Assembly: GCA_036785375.1 (NCBI GenBank)
Contig: JAWMAR010000148.1
Location: 3,162,001-3,226,000 of the forward strand
Direction: 5' to 3'
From: Leucoraja ocellata
Lineage: Eukaryota
DNA length: 64,000 bases
This document shows, piece by piece, positions 36,130-49,955 of this stretch. Under the pieces are notes generated by a model that saw nothing but the letters and a program-made list of their open reading frames with translations, was not told where the DNA came from and made no database searches. The translations under genes and the position numbers were made by a program. The first letter of the stretch is position 1, and each line of letters begins with the position of its first letter.

Positions 36130-37319
36130 GTATGTTCAGTAGAAAGTGCAACGGTCAGTTATTGCAAAGGGAACACGATGAAACTCTTGCATTTGATATC
36201 TGTTCTTCCGAGTTGTGTCTTTCATACAAATGATCACTGCTAACCCTAAAGATCGAGACTGAATAAAGACACCTCTTGTGAAATAAAACTGTTCCTTGCG
36301 TAAACCCCAGTGATAAGGACTTTATCTGTATTTCTTCTGTAATTGATTTGGCTACGTTGATGTTTAATGACATCATGGGGTCTCAATGCAATTGTCTTTT
36401 ATACAGAGTATTTTAGTTTTCTGACCTCTGATCAACTATTAGTATCCTGTCCTTTTAAACTTCTTTGAAACGGAACGGATCTTTATATTGATGATGTTGA
36501 CAAGTCTTTCATTGTGAACATGTGATGAATTTTGTTGTCATCAGCATGGCTTTGACACAGGCAAAGCTAAATCTGCTGTGATACTGTGACGAAAATAATT
36601 TATTGTTGGTCATAGTTGATAACAAGTTCAAAAGTAGAGGCCTTGTTAAAATATCTAATTAGCTATGTGGTGTTAGTGACCAAAAATAAATTGGTAGACT
36701 GATGCATCGTATATGATGCAGAAGATCCCATGATATATCACTTGCATACAGAATACAAAAATATTTCAAATGTAGTTTTGTGATAAATTGTATCAATTTA
36801 CACAAAACATCTTTAAAAATGCATAATTTTACGAATAAAAAGAGGCATAAACGGTTCTTTTTATTCGTCAAATTATGTATTTTTAAAGATGTTTTGGTTA
36901 CTAAAAACGGCTAGTAACTTTGGCTTGAAATTTTGAAGTTGTACAAACCGTACAATAAATTTTGTCTCTGTAATTTTCCCACTGGTGAAAGGTAGCAGGA
37001 GTGGTGAGGAGAAAATTACAAAGAAAGATGATTGAGGAGAAGAGGATGATCAGCTGATGTGGATGGGGGATTAGCAGAGGAGTGAGATAGTACAATGAAG
37101 GAAATTAATTGGGGGGGGGGGGGGGGGGGAAGGTTTGTGATCAGTTGGAGGTGGGATAGAAGAAGATTGAAAGAGGATGCTGTACAAGAGTAGGAAGAAG
37201 GAAAACGTTCTGAAGATGTCAGCAAACACAAAGGAACTGAATCAGAAAGACCCATTCAAGAAGAATCTTCACTCCTTGACTGACTGGCAGCTGCCTAGGT
37301 CCTCATTGGAACTTACTGA

Positions 37320-37515
37320 AAGTGAAAGGCCTGGAAAGAGTGAATGTGGAGAGGATGTTTAAGGAACTCATTGCCACAAACACCTGTAGAAGGCGTCTAT
37401 GGACATTTTTAAGGCGGAGATTGGCAGATTCTTGATTAGTAAGGGTGTCGGGGGTTATGGGGTGAAGGCAGGAGAATGGGGTTGAGAGGGAAAGATAGAT
37501 CAGCCATGATTAAAT
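37320..37515 (+). mobile_element. CR1 3' fragment
   Basis: tttaaggcggagattggcagattcttgattagtaaggg...gatcagccatgat; matches 60300-60435. Confidence 0.7.
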
Positions 37516-37997
37516 AGCTGAGTGAAAGAACTTATAACCTTGAGCACATATTGTAATTATTTAAGAACCAAATATAACAGAAAATAATTTCAGTGACATT
37601 AATTGTCTTATGTATGTCAATCGATGGCACTGCCCAAGCCAGGCCTGTCACAAGGCACACATTGTGTGTACAAAGTGCCCAACTGCATTTCGTCCCCCTG
37701 CTCCAATCATTTTGACTAAACGTCCCAACCCGAAAACGTGGTCTGTCCATTCCCTCCACAGATGTAGCCTGACCTGCTGAATTCCACCAGCATTTTATTT
37801 TTTGCTCGAGTTTCCAGCCACTGCGTTTTCTTGTGTCTACATTACATGAATTTTGTTTCCTCTGAAATTCGATCTCATTGTTGATTCTACCTTTGCACTT
37901 AACCTGGTACCTGATTGTTGGAATTGATGCAACAGCAAAATTACGAATGTGACACTTGCAGCAGGAATATAATTTTAGTCGTATTTCTTTTCCTCAG

Positions 37998-38163
37998 ATC
38001 CCAGCTGGATAAAAAGATGACTGAGTTTTTCAAACACAATTTCATTGAAGATAGATGGCGTAAAGCAGCTTTAAAAAATGCATTTTCTTTGCTCGGTAAA
38101 CAGCGCTTTGAGCAGGCTGCAGCATTTTTCCTTTTGGCTGGTTCTTTAAAGGATGCTATTGAG
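37998..38163 (+). CDS. DMXL2: DMXL2 coding exon (SQLDKKMTEFF...RWRKAALKNAFSLLGKQRF...DAIE)
   Basis: cag| ... gag|gtaatg; 166 nt; Rav1-family motif. Confidence 0.95.
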
Positions 38164-38610
38164 GTAATGTTGGTTTTCCTAGTTCAAAGCGTAATTTTTT
38201 TTCAAAACAACCTAGTCAAAACAGTGTTATTATTTATCTGGTACTGCTGTAGCTGATATCATTACAACATTTTATCTTTATTGCACTTAGTTTATTTAAA
38301 AGTAACGTCTTTATCAAGTTTTGTACCATTTAGTGTTGAAATTATATTTCAGGGTTAGCTATCCAGAAATCCAGAGAATTTCAAATGAATCCTATGACTT
38401 TAAAAGTAAAGGAAACTATATTCTATGTACTCCTTAACAGATTTCGGGGAAAGCAAGTTTTGGGGGGATTTTTAACAAACAAAAAAACATATATTCCAGT
38501 GTAGAGTTATAATTTTTAACAGTAATTCACAATTGTGCAATCAGACTTACACATCTTTTTACTTTTATTGACCAAATTCAAATGCAATATTTGGTTTGAC
38601 GCCCCGACAG

Positions 38611-38875
38611 GTGATTCTGGAAAAGATGGATGATATCCAGTTGGCCATGATTATTGCTCGACTGTATGAATCTGATCATGAAACATCCTCCACATGTAAA
38701 TCTATCCTTTATGAGAAGGTTCTTGGCTGTAAGTCAGATGGGTCTGAGTTTGCACCAAGCAAACTGCATCCAGATCCATTTCTGCGGAGTATTGCATATT
38801 GGACTCTGAAGGATTATTCCATTGCATTAGATACTCTGCTAGAACAACCAACAAAAAGCACTGAAGAACATCCAG
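38611..38875 (+). CDS. DMXL2: DMXL2 coding exon (VILEKMDDIQLAMIIARLYE...HPDPFLRS...EEHP)
   Basis: cag| ... ccag|gtatga; 265 nt. Confidence 0.94.
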
Positions 38876-39702
38876 GTATGAATATCCAACTTTGCATTTT
38901 TTTTTTGTTGTAAACAAACATACAATTAAATTCATAAGAATAATAAATGCATGCATAGAGTATTTTCTTTTTAACCAGACTGGCCCAAGTATTATGCCAC
39001 CAGTGGCACCCATTTGTTTTAGTTTAGCAATCTTTTGTGTCCCCCAAAATGATCATTTTGTTTGTAACAAAGAAAATCAAATATAGAAGATAACATGGAA
39101 TCCTTAAACAATAGTCATCTACAGATAATGGTTGATTGGGTTCTGGATACAACACTGCATTGCTCTGAGCTCTTTGTGTCATCATTGAATACAGTCGGAG
39201 AAATCAACATTAACATTACAAACATATATAAGCATCATCTAACTTAATGACACTCCTGCTTCCCCAGCCAAATGCACCATGACCTTGGGTACTGGCAGCT
39301 ATTGCACCTGTGTGCTGCCACTTATTTTCGCACATTCGGCTCTTCCCACACTCCCCACCCCCAACTTAATTTTGATTGTCCACCAAAACCTGTGGCAATA
39401 AACCCATCGCCACTAAAACTTGCATTTTTCCTGTTTTCTCCCCCCCACCCACCACCACTGGACTTGCATCCTAACATAGATGCTATCATTTACAGTTAGG
39501 TTGCAAGTGTTCATTTCTGCTTTTTGCAGTTCCTATAAAATTATCCAAAGCGAAGTAAGGTCTTGAGTCTCAACATCAGGGCTCAGTAGTCTTCACTGTT
39601 TGTGTGCAGTGTAATTGCCAGGCATAGGCATTACTTCTGAAGTTTGTGTTTGGCTGCATCTAAACTACAATAAAACTACTTGTAGTTTCTATTATCTTCC
39701 AG

Positions 39703-40763
39703 GAATTCTTATAAAGTCTTGCAACCCAATAGTCTTCAGTTTCTACAATTATCTTCGTGCTCATCCACTGCTGATGAGAAGACATTTTGCTACTCCCGAA
39801 GGCTCATTAGGAATTGCCGCGGAGAAAATCAACGAAGATGAAATTAACCTCATTGAGAGAAAATTATTTTTCACCACAGCAAATGCTCATTTTAAAGTTG
39901 GTTGCCCAGTCTTGGCTCTTGAGGTACTGTCCAAAATCCCAAAAGTCATGAAAAAATCAAAGCCATCCATAACAACGGAAAAGTCCAGGATAATTGTCCA
40001 AGGCCAAAATGGTGTAGCAGGAAATGGGGACCGCACTAACGATGCAAACCGGCCACAGACTGCAACAGGTACATCAAACCAGGGCTGGGAATCAAGTAAT
40101 TCTGCTGGCTTTGATTGGGGAGCCCCAGTAGTGACTATTTCTGACGATGCACTAAAACTTGATTGGGATAATGATTTAGAAGATGAAAATGAAGAGGAAG
40201 GTGGGTTGGTTATGAAAGATGCAGAAAAGGTGAATGTGGCTGAGAATGAGAAAGAAGTTCCTGGAGCATCTCTAGCTGTTCAAAGGGAGGATTCCATTTC
40301 TCAAGTTGATGTAATAGCAGAACAGTTGAAATTCAGAGCCTGTTTGAAAATTCTAATGACTGAACTTAGGACATTAGCTACCGGATATGAAGTGGATGGC
40401 GGAAAGCTCCGATTTCAACTGTACAACTGGTTGGAGAAAGAAATCCATGCAATGCATCAGATCTGCAATTATAAAACCGAAGTGAAAGATTGGATTGTTG
40501 AAATCGATAAAAAGATCCGAGGTTCATTTGACCAAGAAGAATTGAAAGAAAGTACAGAAGGAGCTTCATATGAGAGGCATCAGATTGATCGGAGAAGGCT
40601 CCAAGCAAAGCAAGAGCATGCAGAAAGAAGGAAATGGTGGCTGCGGAGAAATCAAGCTCTGCTTAGAGTGTTTCTAAGCTACTGCAGTTTGCATGGTGCG
40701 CAGGGTGGTGGCTTGGCATCCGTCAGAATGGAACTTATCTTCCTATTGCAGGAATCACAGCAG
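39703..40763 (+). CDS. DMXL2: DMXL2 large coding exon (GILIKSCNPIVFSFYNYLR...LLQESQQ)
   Basis: cag| ... cag|gtaaag; 1061 nt; explains the 401-aa ORF. Confidence 0.96.
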
Positions 40764-41143
40764 GTAAAGTACTCTGCGAATAATAGAGTGAAAAACACTC
40801 CACTGAAACATAGGATCTAGAAGATGTGTTTATAATGTATGTGATGAGGGACATTTTTGCCAGTTGCAACTTATCTAATTAGTAGGAGAAGCCAAATGGC
40901 TGAGAAATGCATATGCACAATACCCAAGTGTAGTTGAAACATTTGCCATGCTTCTGATGATGCAACACTGGCCATGCTTTAAAAGTGCATCTTTTCAGAA
41001 TACCCTAGAGTCGTGATAAGCAGGAGTAGTATAGTACTGTACATCTTTGCTACCCACTTCCTTTCTCTTCCTACATAGGTCATATCAGTTGAAGTAATGA
41101 TGGATATTGACTGCTATTTAGGTTCTGACAAGTTAAGACCTCA

Positions 41144-41428
41144 CTTTAAACTTGAGAGATACAGCGCTGTAACCGGTCCTTTGGCCCAGAGAGTCCGCAC
41201 CAACCAATGATCACCCCCCACTAGGGACAATTTACAATGTTACCCAAGTCAATTAACCTACAAACCTGTACGTCTTTGGAGTGTAGGTAGAAACCGGAGC
41301 ACCCTGAGAAAACCCACGCAGTCACGAAGAATGTACAAACACCATACAGACAACACCCCTAGTCAGGATCGAACCCAGGTCTCTGGTGCTGTAAGGCAGC
41401 AACTCTACCGCTGTGCCACCGTGCCACC
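41144..41428 (-). mobile_element. Full-length HE1-type tRNA-derived V-SINE
   Basis: Minus strand: tRNA-like head with A-box and B-box (ggttcgatcc), V-SINE core, CR1-like tail. Confidence 0.85.
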
Positions 41429-42318
41429 GCTAGTTCATAGTGCAGATAATTCAGAACCTCCAATAGTTGGGCATCGTGGTCCCTTTGGGTACAACAGGGT
41501 CCTGATACCCATGTCTCATGAAACTTAGCAGGTCTGCTGGGAAACGTGTGATGCCATTCGTATTGTATAACATCTACAAATAATTTTAACTTGTGTTGGA
41601 GTATTAATTACAGTACCATTCAATATCACAAAAATCTACCCGTCCAGTAGTATTGAAGCCATGAGCATATCTGGTTATCAGATTTACTGTGGTTAATATC
41701 AAATTGTACAGTGATAAGTATGATGACTAATTAAAAATCATGAAACACTTGGTAATAAATCACATTCAGTTTATTTGGGCTTTAATCCAAGCTGTTTACG
41801 AATTGTACATTTTTGAAGCTGTTAGGTTCCTTTTGCATGTTTATTATATCAAACTAAATTTTAGATCATTTGTACAACAAAAAAACTCCCAACACTCGTG
41901 AAGTTCCTTCTTACATCCCTTCTTCATCTTTCATTGGACTGGTAGGATGGAAAATATTTGTAAGATCAAAAATGTTGATCAAACAAAAACCTTGATTTTA
42001 TATTCTTAGTGATTAAAGAGGTGTGGATAAAATAATTGTTGCATTCTTGGTTTACCCACTAAGTAGTCAATAAATTACCCCAATGGTTTATTCCAGGTGT
42101 TTCATTGTTCATTAATCTTGAGGCAGTTCAGGAAGGTGACCAACCTAAAGAGAATGTGAGACAGTGGGCCTTTTGACCAATGTACTTATTTATAAGGAAT
42201 CGCTATTTCACCAGTGTTTTACTTCACTGTGAATGGATTGGCTGATCTAGCAATGTGATATTATTCTGTGCAATGTTGATCTGTTATAAAGCCTAATACG
42301 GATTTTATTTGATGACAG

Positions 42319-42510
42319 GAAACCACTGTGAAACAACTTCAATCCCCTCTTCCTTTGCCTACAACTTTACCGCTCCTTTCTGCAACCATTGCTTCAACAA
42401 AAACTGTGATAGCCAACCCCATCATGCATTTGAGTAATCACATCCATGATATATTGTACACTGTGGTGCAGATGAATTGTCCACCTCTTCCTGGTCTTAA
42501 GGATGAGAAG
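42319..42510 (+). CDS. DMXL2: DMXL2 coding exon (ETTVKQLQSPLPLPTTLPLLS...LKDEK)
   Basis: cag| ... aag|gtagca; 192 nt. Confidence 0.93.
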
Positions 42511-42751
42511 GTAGCAGTTTTATTACACTTTATAATCTTTTATAATGCTAACATTATTGGATGCTGTCATTACTTCTGTTTTTTAGAAATGAAAGCCATA
42601 TGCCAGTGAGATTTCCTTTGATTGAAGGAGAATAGTTTTATTTGGGTTCAAGCTGTCATGCCAATAAAAGACTGGTCATCCCAGGCCAGTGGAAATCTGC
42701 CACACTTCAGGGTACAGTTGAAGACCCAATTCGGCTTATTAATGGAATGGT

Positions 42752-43052
42752 CATTAGACAATAGGTGCAGGAGTAGGCCATTTGGCCCTTCAAGCCAGCA
42801 CCCGCCAGTGATCATGGTTGCTCATCCACAATCAGTACCCCGTTCCTGCCTTCTCCCCATTTCCCTTGACTCCGCTATCTTCAAGAGCTCTATCTAACTC
42901 TCTCTTGCAAGCATCCAGAGAACCAGCCTCCACCTGGGGCAGAGAATTTCACAGACTCACAACTGTCTCTGTGAAAAAGTGTTTCCTCATCTCCGTTTTA
43001 AATGGCTTGCCTCTTATTCTTAAACTGTGCCCCCTGGTTCTGGACTCCTCCA
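42752..43052 (-). mobile_element. CR1 LINE 3' fragment
   Basis: agacaataggtgcaggagtaggccatttggccc...gaatttcacagactcacaac. Confidence 0.78.
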
Positions 43053-43336
43053 AATTAAATGGTCATTAGTTACTTGGTTGCCGTTTATTCTGACCAAACA
43101 AGCTCTAGGCAGGTAGACTCCATAATTTTAGCTAGTTATATTTCTGCAGTAACATCTGACCTGTGTGTACGTCCGAGTCATTAATTCTTAAATATTCTGA
43201 ACATAGAAAGCTTTGTTTTAAGTATTGCTAATTAAAGCACTATATGTTGAAGAGAAGATTGTCATACAAAATATATTTGTACCAACATGAAAAATGTCCC
43301 GATTTGTAATTTGGACTGTGGTGCATCTCTTACTAG

Positions 43337-43413
43337 ATTTTCATTCTGCACACTTCAGCAGCATCACTCTCAGCCTGCATTTACCAGTCTCTATGTGACA
43401 GCCACAGCTACAG
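43337..43413 (+). CDS. DMXL2: DMXL2 coding exon (IFILHTSAASLSACIYQSLCDSHSY)
   Basis: tag| ... acag|gtaagt; 77 nt. Confidence 0.93.
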
Positions 43414-43660
43414 GTAAGTGTATTTATCGTGGGAACTTTTTTCGTATTATGTAGTGAAGTTAATTAGATGCATCTTTCTGTAAGATATCATGAATCAAAA
43501 TACAATTGATGAAGACTGTTCTTTAATAACTATAAAAATGTGTTCTGACGTTAAATGCATTAGTTCTAGCATGATTTGGATTTAAGCTGTCGTGCCAATA
43601 ACAGATCTAGCATGTCCCTGTTAAGACAGTTAATACCTTAATGTCATAATCTCTCAACAG

Positions 43661-43788
43661 TCAAACAGCTACAAACCTGTTTACGGGAATGGTTTATCAG
43701 GGGCTTTTATTGGGTGAAAGAAGAAGATTGCGGACTGAAAGCATTGAAGAGCATTTAACTCCCAACTCTTCACCTTCACATTGGCCCG
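43661..43788 (+). CDS. DMXL2: DMXL2 coding exon (QTATNLFTGMVYQGLLL...NSSPSHWP)
   Basis: cag| ... cccg|gtaaga; 128 nt. Confidence 0.93.
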
Positions 43789-43944
43789 GTAAGATGGAAA
43801 AACTTGTGAGATTTCATAAAAACTAATAGAAACTTTGAATTTGTTTTCTTAGAAATTAGTTAGTTATGGATAAGATTTCAATTAACCAAGAATGTTTGCT
43901 TTCTGCTTGACTAGTTAATAAGTTATCATATTTGTTTGTTGCAG

Positions 43945-44193
43945 GTGTTTCATCACTGATTAATCTTCTTGGATCTATTCAGGAAGATGATCAACCCAAA
44001 CTGAATGTGTTGCTTTGTGAGGCAGTGGTTGGTGTTTATCTAAGTCTTTTGATTCATGGTCTGGCTACACAGGATAGTAATGAGCTCTTTCGTTTAGTTG
44101 CTCATCCTCTAAATAATCGAACCTGGGCTGCAGTGTTTGGAGGAGGTGCAAAAACTATAATAAAACCTAAAAGGAGGCCAGAACTTACACCAG
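43945..44193 (+). CDS. DMXL2: DMXL2 coding exon (GVSSLINLL...WAAVFGGG...ELTP)
   Basis: cag| ... ccag|gtaagc; 249 nt. Confidence 0.95.
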
Positions 44194-44477
44194 GTAAGCC
44201 AATTTCCTTCAAAATAGCAGACAGAATTTGCATCTGAATAAAATGTTTAACATTAAAAGCATCCCAAGAAGTTTCATAAAATGGCAATCAGTTCAAAACT
44301 TGAAGAAACCGTTAAAACAGGTTATCAAAAGCTTAATGGACGAAGTAGGTCTTAATAGGTTTATGGAGAAAATTGGGAAGCTAGAGAGTTGAAGGCATGA
44401 TCTTCAAAAAACTGCTCGACAATTTATCAAACCTTTGCTTACCTCAGCTGCTTTACAATGGTCATCTTTGACTGTTG

Positions 44478-44890
44478 TTTAGGTAAGTTATTCAGGTGTA
44501 TAGAGGTACATTGAAAAGCTTTTTTTGTTGCGTGCTATCCAATCAGTGGAAAAACTATACATGATTGCAATCAAGCTGTCCACAGTGTACAGAGACAGGA
44601 TGATGGGAATAATGTTTAGTGCAAGATAATGTCCAGTAAACACCGATTTAAACATAGTGCGAGGGTCTTAAATTAGGTAGATGGTAAGTCAGGACTGTTC
44701 TCTAGTTGGTGATAGGATGGTTCAGTTGTCTGGGAACATCTGGGAAGAAATAGTCCATGAATCTGGAGGTGTGCATTTTTACACTCTTGTACCTCTTGCC
44801 TAATGGGTGAGGGGAGAAGAGGGGCCAGGATGATACTCGTCCTTTATTATCTTGGTGGCCGTGCCGAGGCAGCGTGAATTGTAGACGGAC
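44478..44890 (-). mobile_element. Rex1/Babar LINE 3' end
   Basis: ORF 44702..44908: PLGKRYKSVKMHTSRFMDYFFPDVPRQLN. Confidence 0.78.
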
Positions 44891-46932
44891 AGTGTGAATT
44901 GTGATCATTTTGAAAATTTTAAAGGATTATTTTATATAACTGCAATATTTGCACATGGCACATTATCTGTAATGGGGTCAATCAAAATAAATGATGTCAT
45001 CACATTTCACATATTTTCGTAGGACATTTTGCAAATTTGGTGATTTCGTATTTGTAACAGTATTTAGGCCAAGACTACTTGTATTTTGCATAATTTTAGT
45101 GCAACGCAACAGTGGGTTTGCTGAGCTTTTACCTAGACTGATCTGAACCAGATCTTGGAAACCATTGTCCAATTGCCCTGCCTTGAGAATTGGAATTAAG
45201 TTGCTAATCGTCCTCATTCAGAAAAGAAAGTTGAACGATAATTGAAAGGGGCGGGTGTGTTGGTTTTCTGAGCTAATTTGGTAGGCATCACTGCAAGATC
45301 GGCCCGTTCCTGTCCATTTACATCTGCCCATCTGGTAATCTCAATATAGGTTAATGAATATTACTTATTTTGTGCTATATAATGACTTTAAACGTTTTAT
45401 TTATTGCATTTCTATTGATAATGCTGCATGTTTTATATTTTGTATCTTTCATGATCAAATTTAGGAACTAATTTATCCCCATTGATAGAATTTGAATTCT
45501 TTTTTAAAAGAGCACTGTAGGTTTAGGTTTATTATTACCACATGTACCAAGGTACAGTGAAAAGCATTACTGCAGACTTCTGGTGCCTTAGACGCAAGAA
45601 GAAGATACCCAGATACAATCCGTTCAACTCAAATACAATAGATAGAACAAAGGGAAGGATACCAAATGCAGACTATAGTTCTCAGCCCTGTAGCTTTAAT
45701 TCAGTGCGATAATATTATTTATAATTGTCATCTCGAAACATCATCCTTACCCAAATACTTTTTTTAGCATTGGCCATTATAGATTTAGCTGCCATTTAAA
45801 TTTGAACAGAAGGCTATTTTTAAACAAACAAAAACACTAATTTATGGTGCAGGTATGCCAATTGTTTCAGCTGCATTGAATTTGGAGCAAAATACTGCCT
45901 TGAAGACACAAACTGTAGATGTGTGTGTGTCTCCTAGCTGTGAGACTGGAGCACAACACACACCAGGACTGGATGGTGAGTGACAGCTATGGTTGCAGTG
46001 GAGTTTGGGGTGCTTTGCTCAGTTTTGTTCTTTTTCTACTGCATGAAACTTTCCACTTCCCGAAATTTCTGTCAGTAAATAAAACTATCTTTAAGTATAT
46101 ATTTAATCTTCCCTAAAGTTGGTGTCCAATCTTAAGGTTCATTTTATTATTAAGGATACCTGTTATTGTTTGCCTCTTAATACTTATAAAATTTGCATAA
46201 GTTTGTTTAATTAAAACTGAGGTTAAGAACAGCAAACTAAAATATAGTGCAAGGCAGATGTAATGGTTTCTGAATCTAATGTAACTGTAAAAAAACACTA
46301 GTTCTAGAGTAATTCAGATGGTCAGGCAGCATCTCTGGAGAAGATGGTAGGTATCGTTTTTGGTTTGAGTTTTTGAACCCATCTGAATTTAAATTGCATT
46401 AATTATTACTTATGATTTAAAAATGATGGAGCAGTGATAACACTTTTGTAACATTTGTTCATGAAACTGAAATAAATGTGAAGTATGTACTCGGTCCTGA
46501 GCAACTACATGCATTTGTATAAAATTAAAATATACAAATAATAATCCATTGGAGTTCAATTAGAAAGATCAACTTTTGCATCGGTTGATAACATTTCCTT
46601 TGTTAACTTTCAAGTTTTTGATTTCTATGCATGTTTAAAGCATTGTATTCATTTTGAACATATATTCCGTGTTTCCTGTGACCGATACAAAAAGTACTGA
46701 TGATATTAGGGCTACATGACATTTATGTTATGCTTGAGATGTTGCTAGTCATGTTTAGCCAATACCTTTTGAATGTCTGGCACTGAGCCACTCTCTTTAG
46801 ATTGTTAATCCAGGGATCATGGGAAATGAAGCTACAATTAATTATTTAGCTTCAGATCAACCATATGAACTACATGACGACCTGCCCCACGAAAGATGAC
46901 TCACAACATGTTTATCATTTCACTTTGGACAG

Positions 46933-47105
46933 TTCCTCCAGAAGACATTGACCGATATCGCCGAAGATTTAACATGAAGATGTTGGTTCCCGGTAGACCA
47001 GTAAAAGAGGCTTCAACACCACCACCTGTACCCGCAGAGAGACCTTCATACAAGGAAACATTTATTCCCCCTGAGCTCAGTATGTGGGATTATTTTGTAG
47101 CCAAG
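46933..47105 (+). CDS. DMXL2: DMXL2 coding exon (VPPEDIDRYRRRFNMKML...PELSMWDYFVAK)
   Basis: cag| ... aag|gtgagg; 173 nt. Confidence 0.93.
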
Positions 47106-47659
47106 GTGAGGACAGTAATTAAATATTGCGCAATTACTTTAATAATTACTTTAATCGAATGGAATAGTCTCTTTGTAGTGGCTTGTATGACAACATTGAA
47201 AGCTTTAAATTTCTCTTGGACTTTGTGTATATTAGGTACATTGTGGCCAATAAGCATTTGCATTCAATTTACTGTAAAATGGTGGATATTATGCCCATGT
47301 TTGTCATAATGTGGAGCAAAGTGCTCATTGAATACCTAGAGCAAGTATTCTTTTTGTGTAGCACATTATCTTTGCTTATGCATTTAATCTAAAACGCGAT
47401 GGCTAATTGGCATTGTGTAGTCAGATGCACCTGGAAATTCCACTAGGATTCTCACATTGCATATGCAACATCTTGGCACAGAGGGTACAGTGATGTCAAA
47501 CAGATCTTGTGGCCACCTTCCATTTGAGGCTCATGCAAAGGATGCATCACTCATATTGAAGCAAGTGGTGAATGAGGCCTGCTTTGGAATTAGATAAAAG
47601 TAATAATATGATCCATACTAGATTACTGCAGATGGAAATATCTTATTATTTCTCACTCT

Positions 47660-48210
47660 AAGGCCCTATTTTGACAAAGTCCTGCATGGTAGTCTAGTCC
47701 AGAATGTCAAGGCATGAGCTATGCAAGGCATATTGGCAAATTAGATGTGAAATTAGCTTGGTGCTAAAGCAGAGGGAAGTGGTGGATCAGTGTTTTACCG
47801 ACCGGAAGTCTATAAGAAGCATCGGACTGCAAGGATCAGTGCTGAGACCTTTGTTTCAAATGTATATATAAATTACTTGGATGAGAATGTATGTTCAAGA
47901 AGGAACTGCAGATGCTGGAAAATCGAAGGTAGACAAAAGTGCTGGAGAAACTCAGCGGGTGCGGCAGCGAAGGAAATAGGCAATGTTTCAGGCCAAAACC
48001 CTTCTTCAGAATGTAGGTAGTTTGACTAGCAACTTTGCAGACAACACAAAAATGGTGAAGTTATAGATAACAAAGAAGGTTGCCACAGAACACAGCAGGC
48101 CATGGATCAACTAGAATGTTGAGCCTTCCTTTAATTCTGAATTCTGAATATGTATCATGGTTGCCATGGATGAGGTAGGTTGAAAGGACCTCTTTCTGTG
48201 CTGTACAATT
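47660..48210 (+). mobile_element. Decayed CR1 RT fragment split by a Penelope insert
   Basis: FDKVLHG..., QGSVL, YINYLDENV | GSLTSNFADNTK (FADD motif remnant). Confidence 0.72.
47892..48007 (-). mobile_element. Penelope terminal insert with 8-bp TSD
   Basis: agaatgta at 47884-47891 and 48008-48015; minus strand ctgaagaagggttttggcctgaaacatt. Confidence 0.78.
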
Positions 48211-48629
48211 GTACGAAGTGCTGCAATTATTTTTCAGGCCGCTAGTTGCATTTCCAATTGATCTTGTTACCAAAGCAACCCTCTCGACATTCCAATCTCC
48301 TGATGCGAGCCCATTTATTGAAGTGTGCCTTTACCTAATCTACAGTACCTCTCCAGGACTGCTCCTCCTCCCATGCGAGTTCTCTCCCAAGCCTCCAACC
48401 TGCTCCCCCATCCCTCTCCAGGCTCTCCGATTCTGTCTGATTGTTCTACTATTACCCAAATGCACAACAGATTTTAACTTCCCTAACTAGCACATGCTCC
48501 GTCACTGCAATGCTCTATTTACTCTTAAGGGTTTTTCAGAACTTCCAGGCCATTGTATTATTATGGAAAGATTTATTTTCAAAATTCTTTGCCTAATCTT
48601 ATTTTAATTGAAGTATTTGTGCTTTAAAG

Positions 48630-48757
48630 CCATTCCTGCCACCGTCTGAGAGTGGATGTATGTACGACTCGGATGAAAGTATCCCTAGTGATGATGACGA
48701 TGATGCTTTTGTTTCTGACGTTCAGCTCCAAGAACATTCTGATCCTAACTCGTACAG
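48630..48757 (+). CDS. DMXL2: DMXL2 coding exon (PFLPPSESGCMYDSDES...EHSDPNSY)
   Basis: aag| ... acag|gttagt; 128 nt. Confidence 0.93.
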
Positions 48758-49664
48758 GTTAGTTACAAAGGAGCTTTGTTGCCAAGAAAATTGTTTCATG
48801 TATTTTTAAATGTAAATGCAAAAGCCAAAAAATACACTTGCAGAAACAAGAAACCTCTGATGCTTATTTACAAATTGCCATTTGTTTATACATTGCTTTA
48901 AAAGATTATATTTCATAAAATTGGCATCGTATGAATTGGTTTGAAGGGCATATGTGGGGACTTTTTCTATTAAAATAAAGTTCTACTTTTTGTACAAGGC
49001 TATTTATTAATCTGGCCATTCTTGGCAGTCACATTATTTTGCAGATGGCAAATAGGGTTTGGTGGCACAGAGATAGCAAAGTAGGGTTTGGGGTAGACAG
49101 TTCTGCAGTGTGTGAGTAAAGTGACCATCACTTCACCGGGCAGACAGAAGGATGGACAAACCTGCAGCCAATAAGTTGTAAACTGGCCATTGACAAAGAA
49201 GAATGTGAGAAGCTACAAAAGAGACTCAAAGTCTGATGGCTTCATCTGATTTTTTTAAAATATTTTTGTTCTGGGGTATTGATGTCACATTTATTTCCCA
49301 TCCCAAATTATGCCTGAACCAAGTGTTCATGCAAAGTCATTATGAGAGCAAATTTGAATCAACCAGACAAGGATGGCAAATGTATTTCCTTTTAAAGCAC
49401 TTTTCAGTGAACCAGATGAATTTTCTGGCAAATAGTACTTTCTGGTATCACTGCTGATGCTAGGTTTTTAATTCCAAGTTTATTTAACAATTTAAATTCT
49501 CCAGCTGCCAGACTGGAATTCAATATTTGTCTCTGACCATTAGATGAACCCCTTGGATACGAGTCCAATAAACAAAACACTTAGCTACTTTAGTCTGACG
49601 TCCTGATCCTGTAGTTAAACTCTTCGACTAGTTTAAAGACAGGTGTATCTCTTAGTGTTAAAAA

Positions 49665-49955
49665 GAAACACAAGGCATTGCAGATGGTGACATTTTGAGC
49701 AAAACATGGTGCTGGAAGAACTCAGCAGGTCAGGCACACCTCTAGCCTCGTCACTTACTCCACCAATCTACCAATCACGCCCCTACCCCCCTCACCAGTA
49801 TCCACCTATCACTTGCCAGGCTTTGTCCCATCCCCGCCTCACTATTCCTGCTTTCTTCCCCTAACTCCAATCAGTCTGAAGAAGGGTCCCAGCCCAAAAT
49901 ATCGCCTGTCCATTCCTTCCACAGATGCTGCCTGATTCGCTGAATTCCTCCAGCA
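49665..49955. mobile_element. Penelope 3' fragment with inverted short arm, interrupted by a hAT MITE
   Basis: tatccacctatcacttgccaggctttgtcc UTR as in 9480-9530; cagtctgaagaagggtccc. Confidence 0.72.

Noticed and set aside
37110-37128. Poly-G run as a G-quadruplex element
   Set aside because: A single homopolymer of unreliable length in a purine-rich intronic stretch, with no supporting context.
41340-41428. tRNA gene on the minus strand
   Set aside because: The A/B-box-like sequence is the head of a V-SINE and continues straight into the SINE core.
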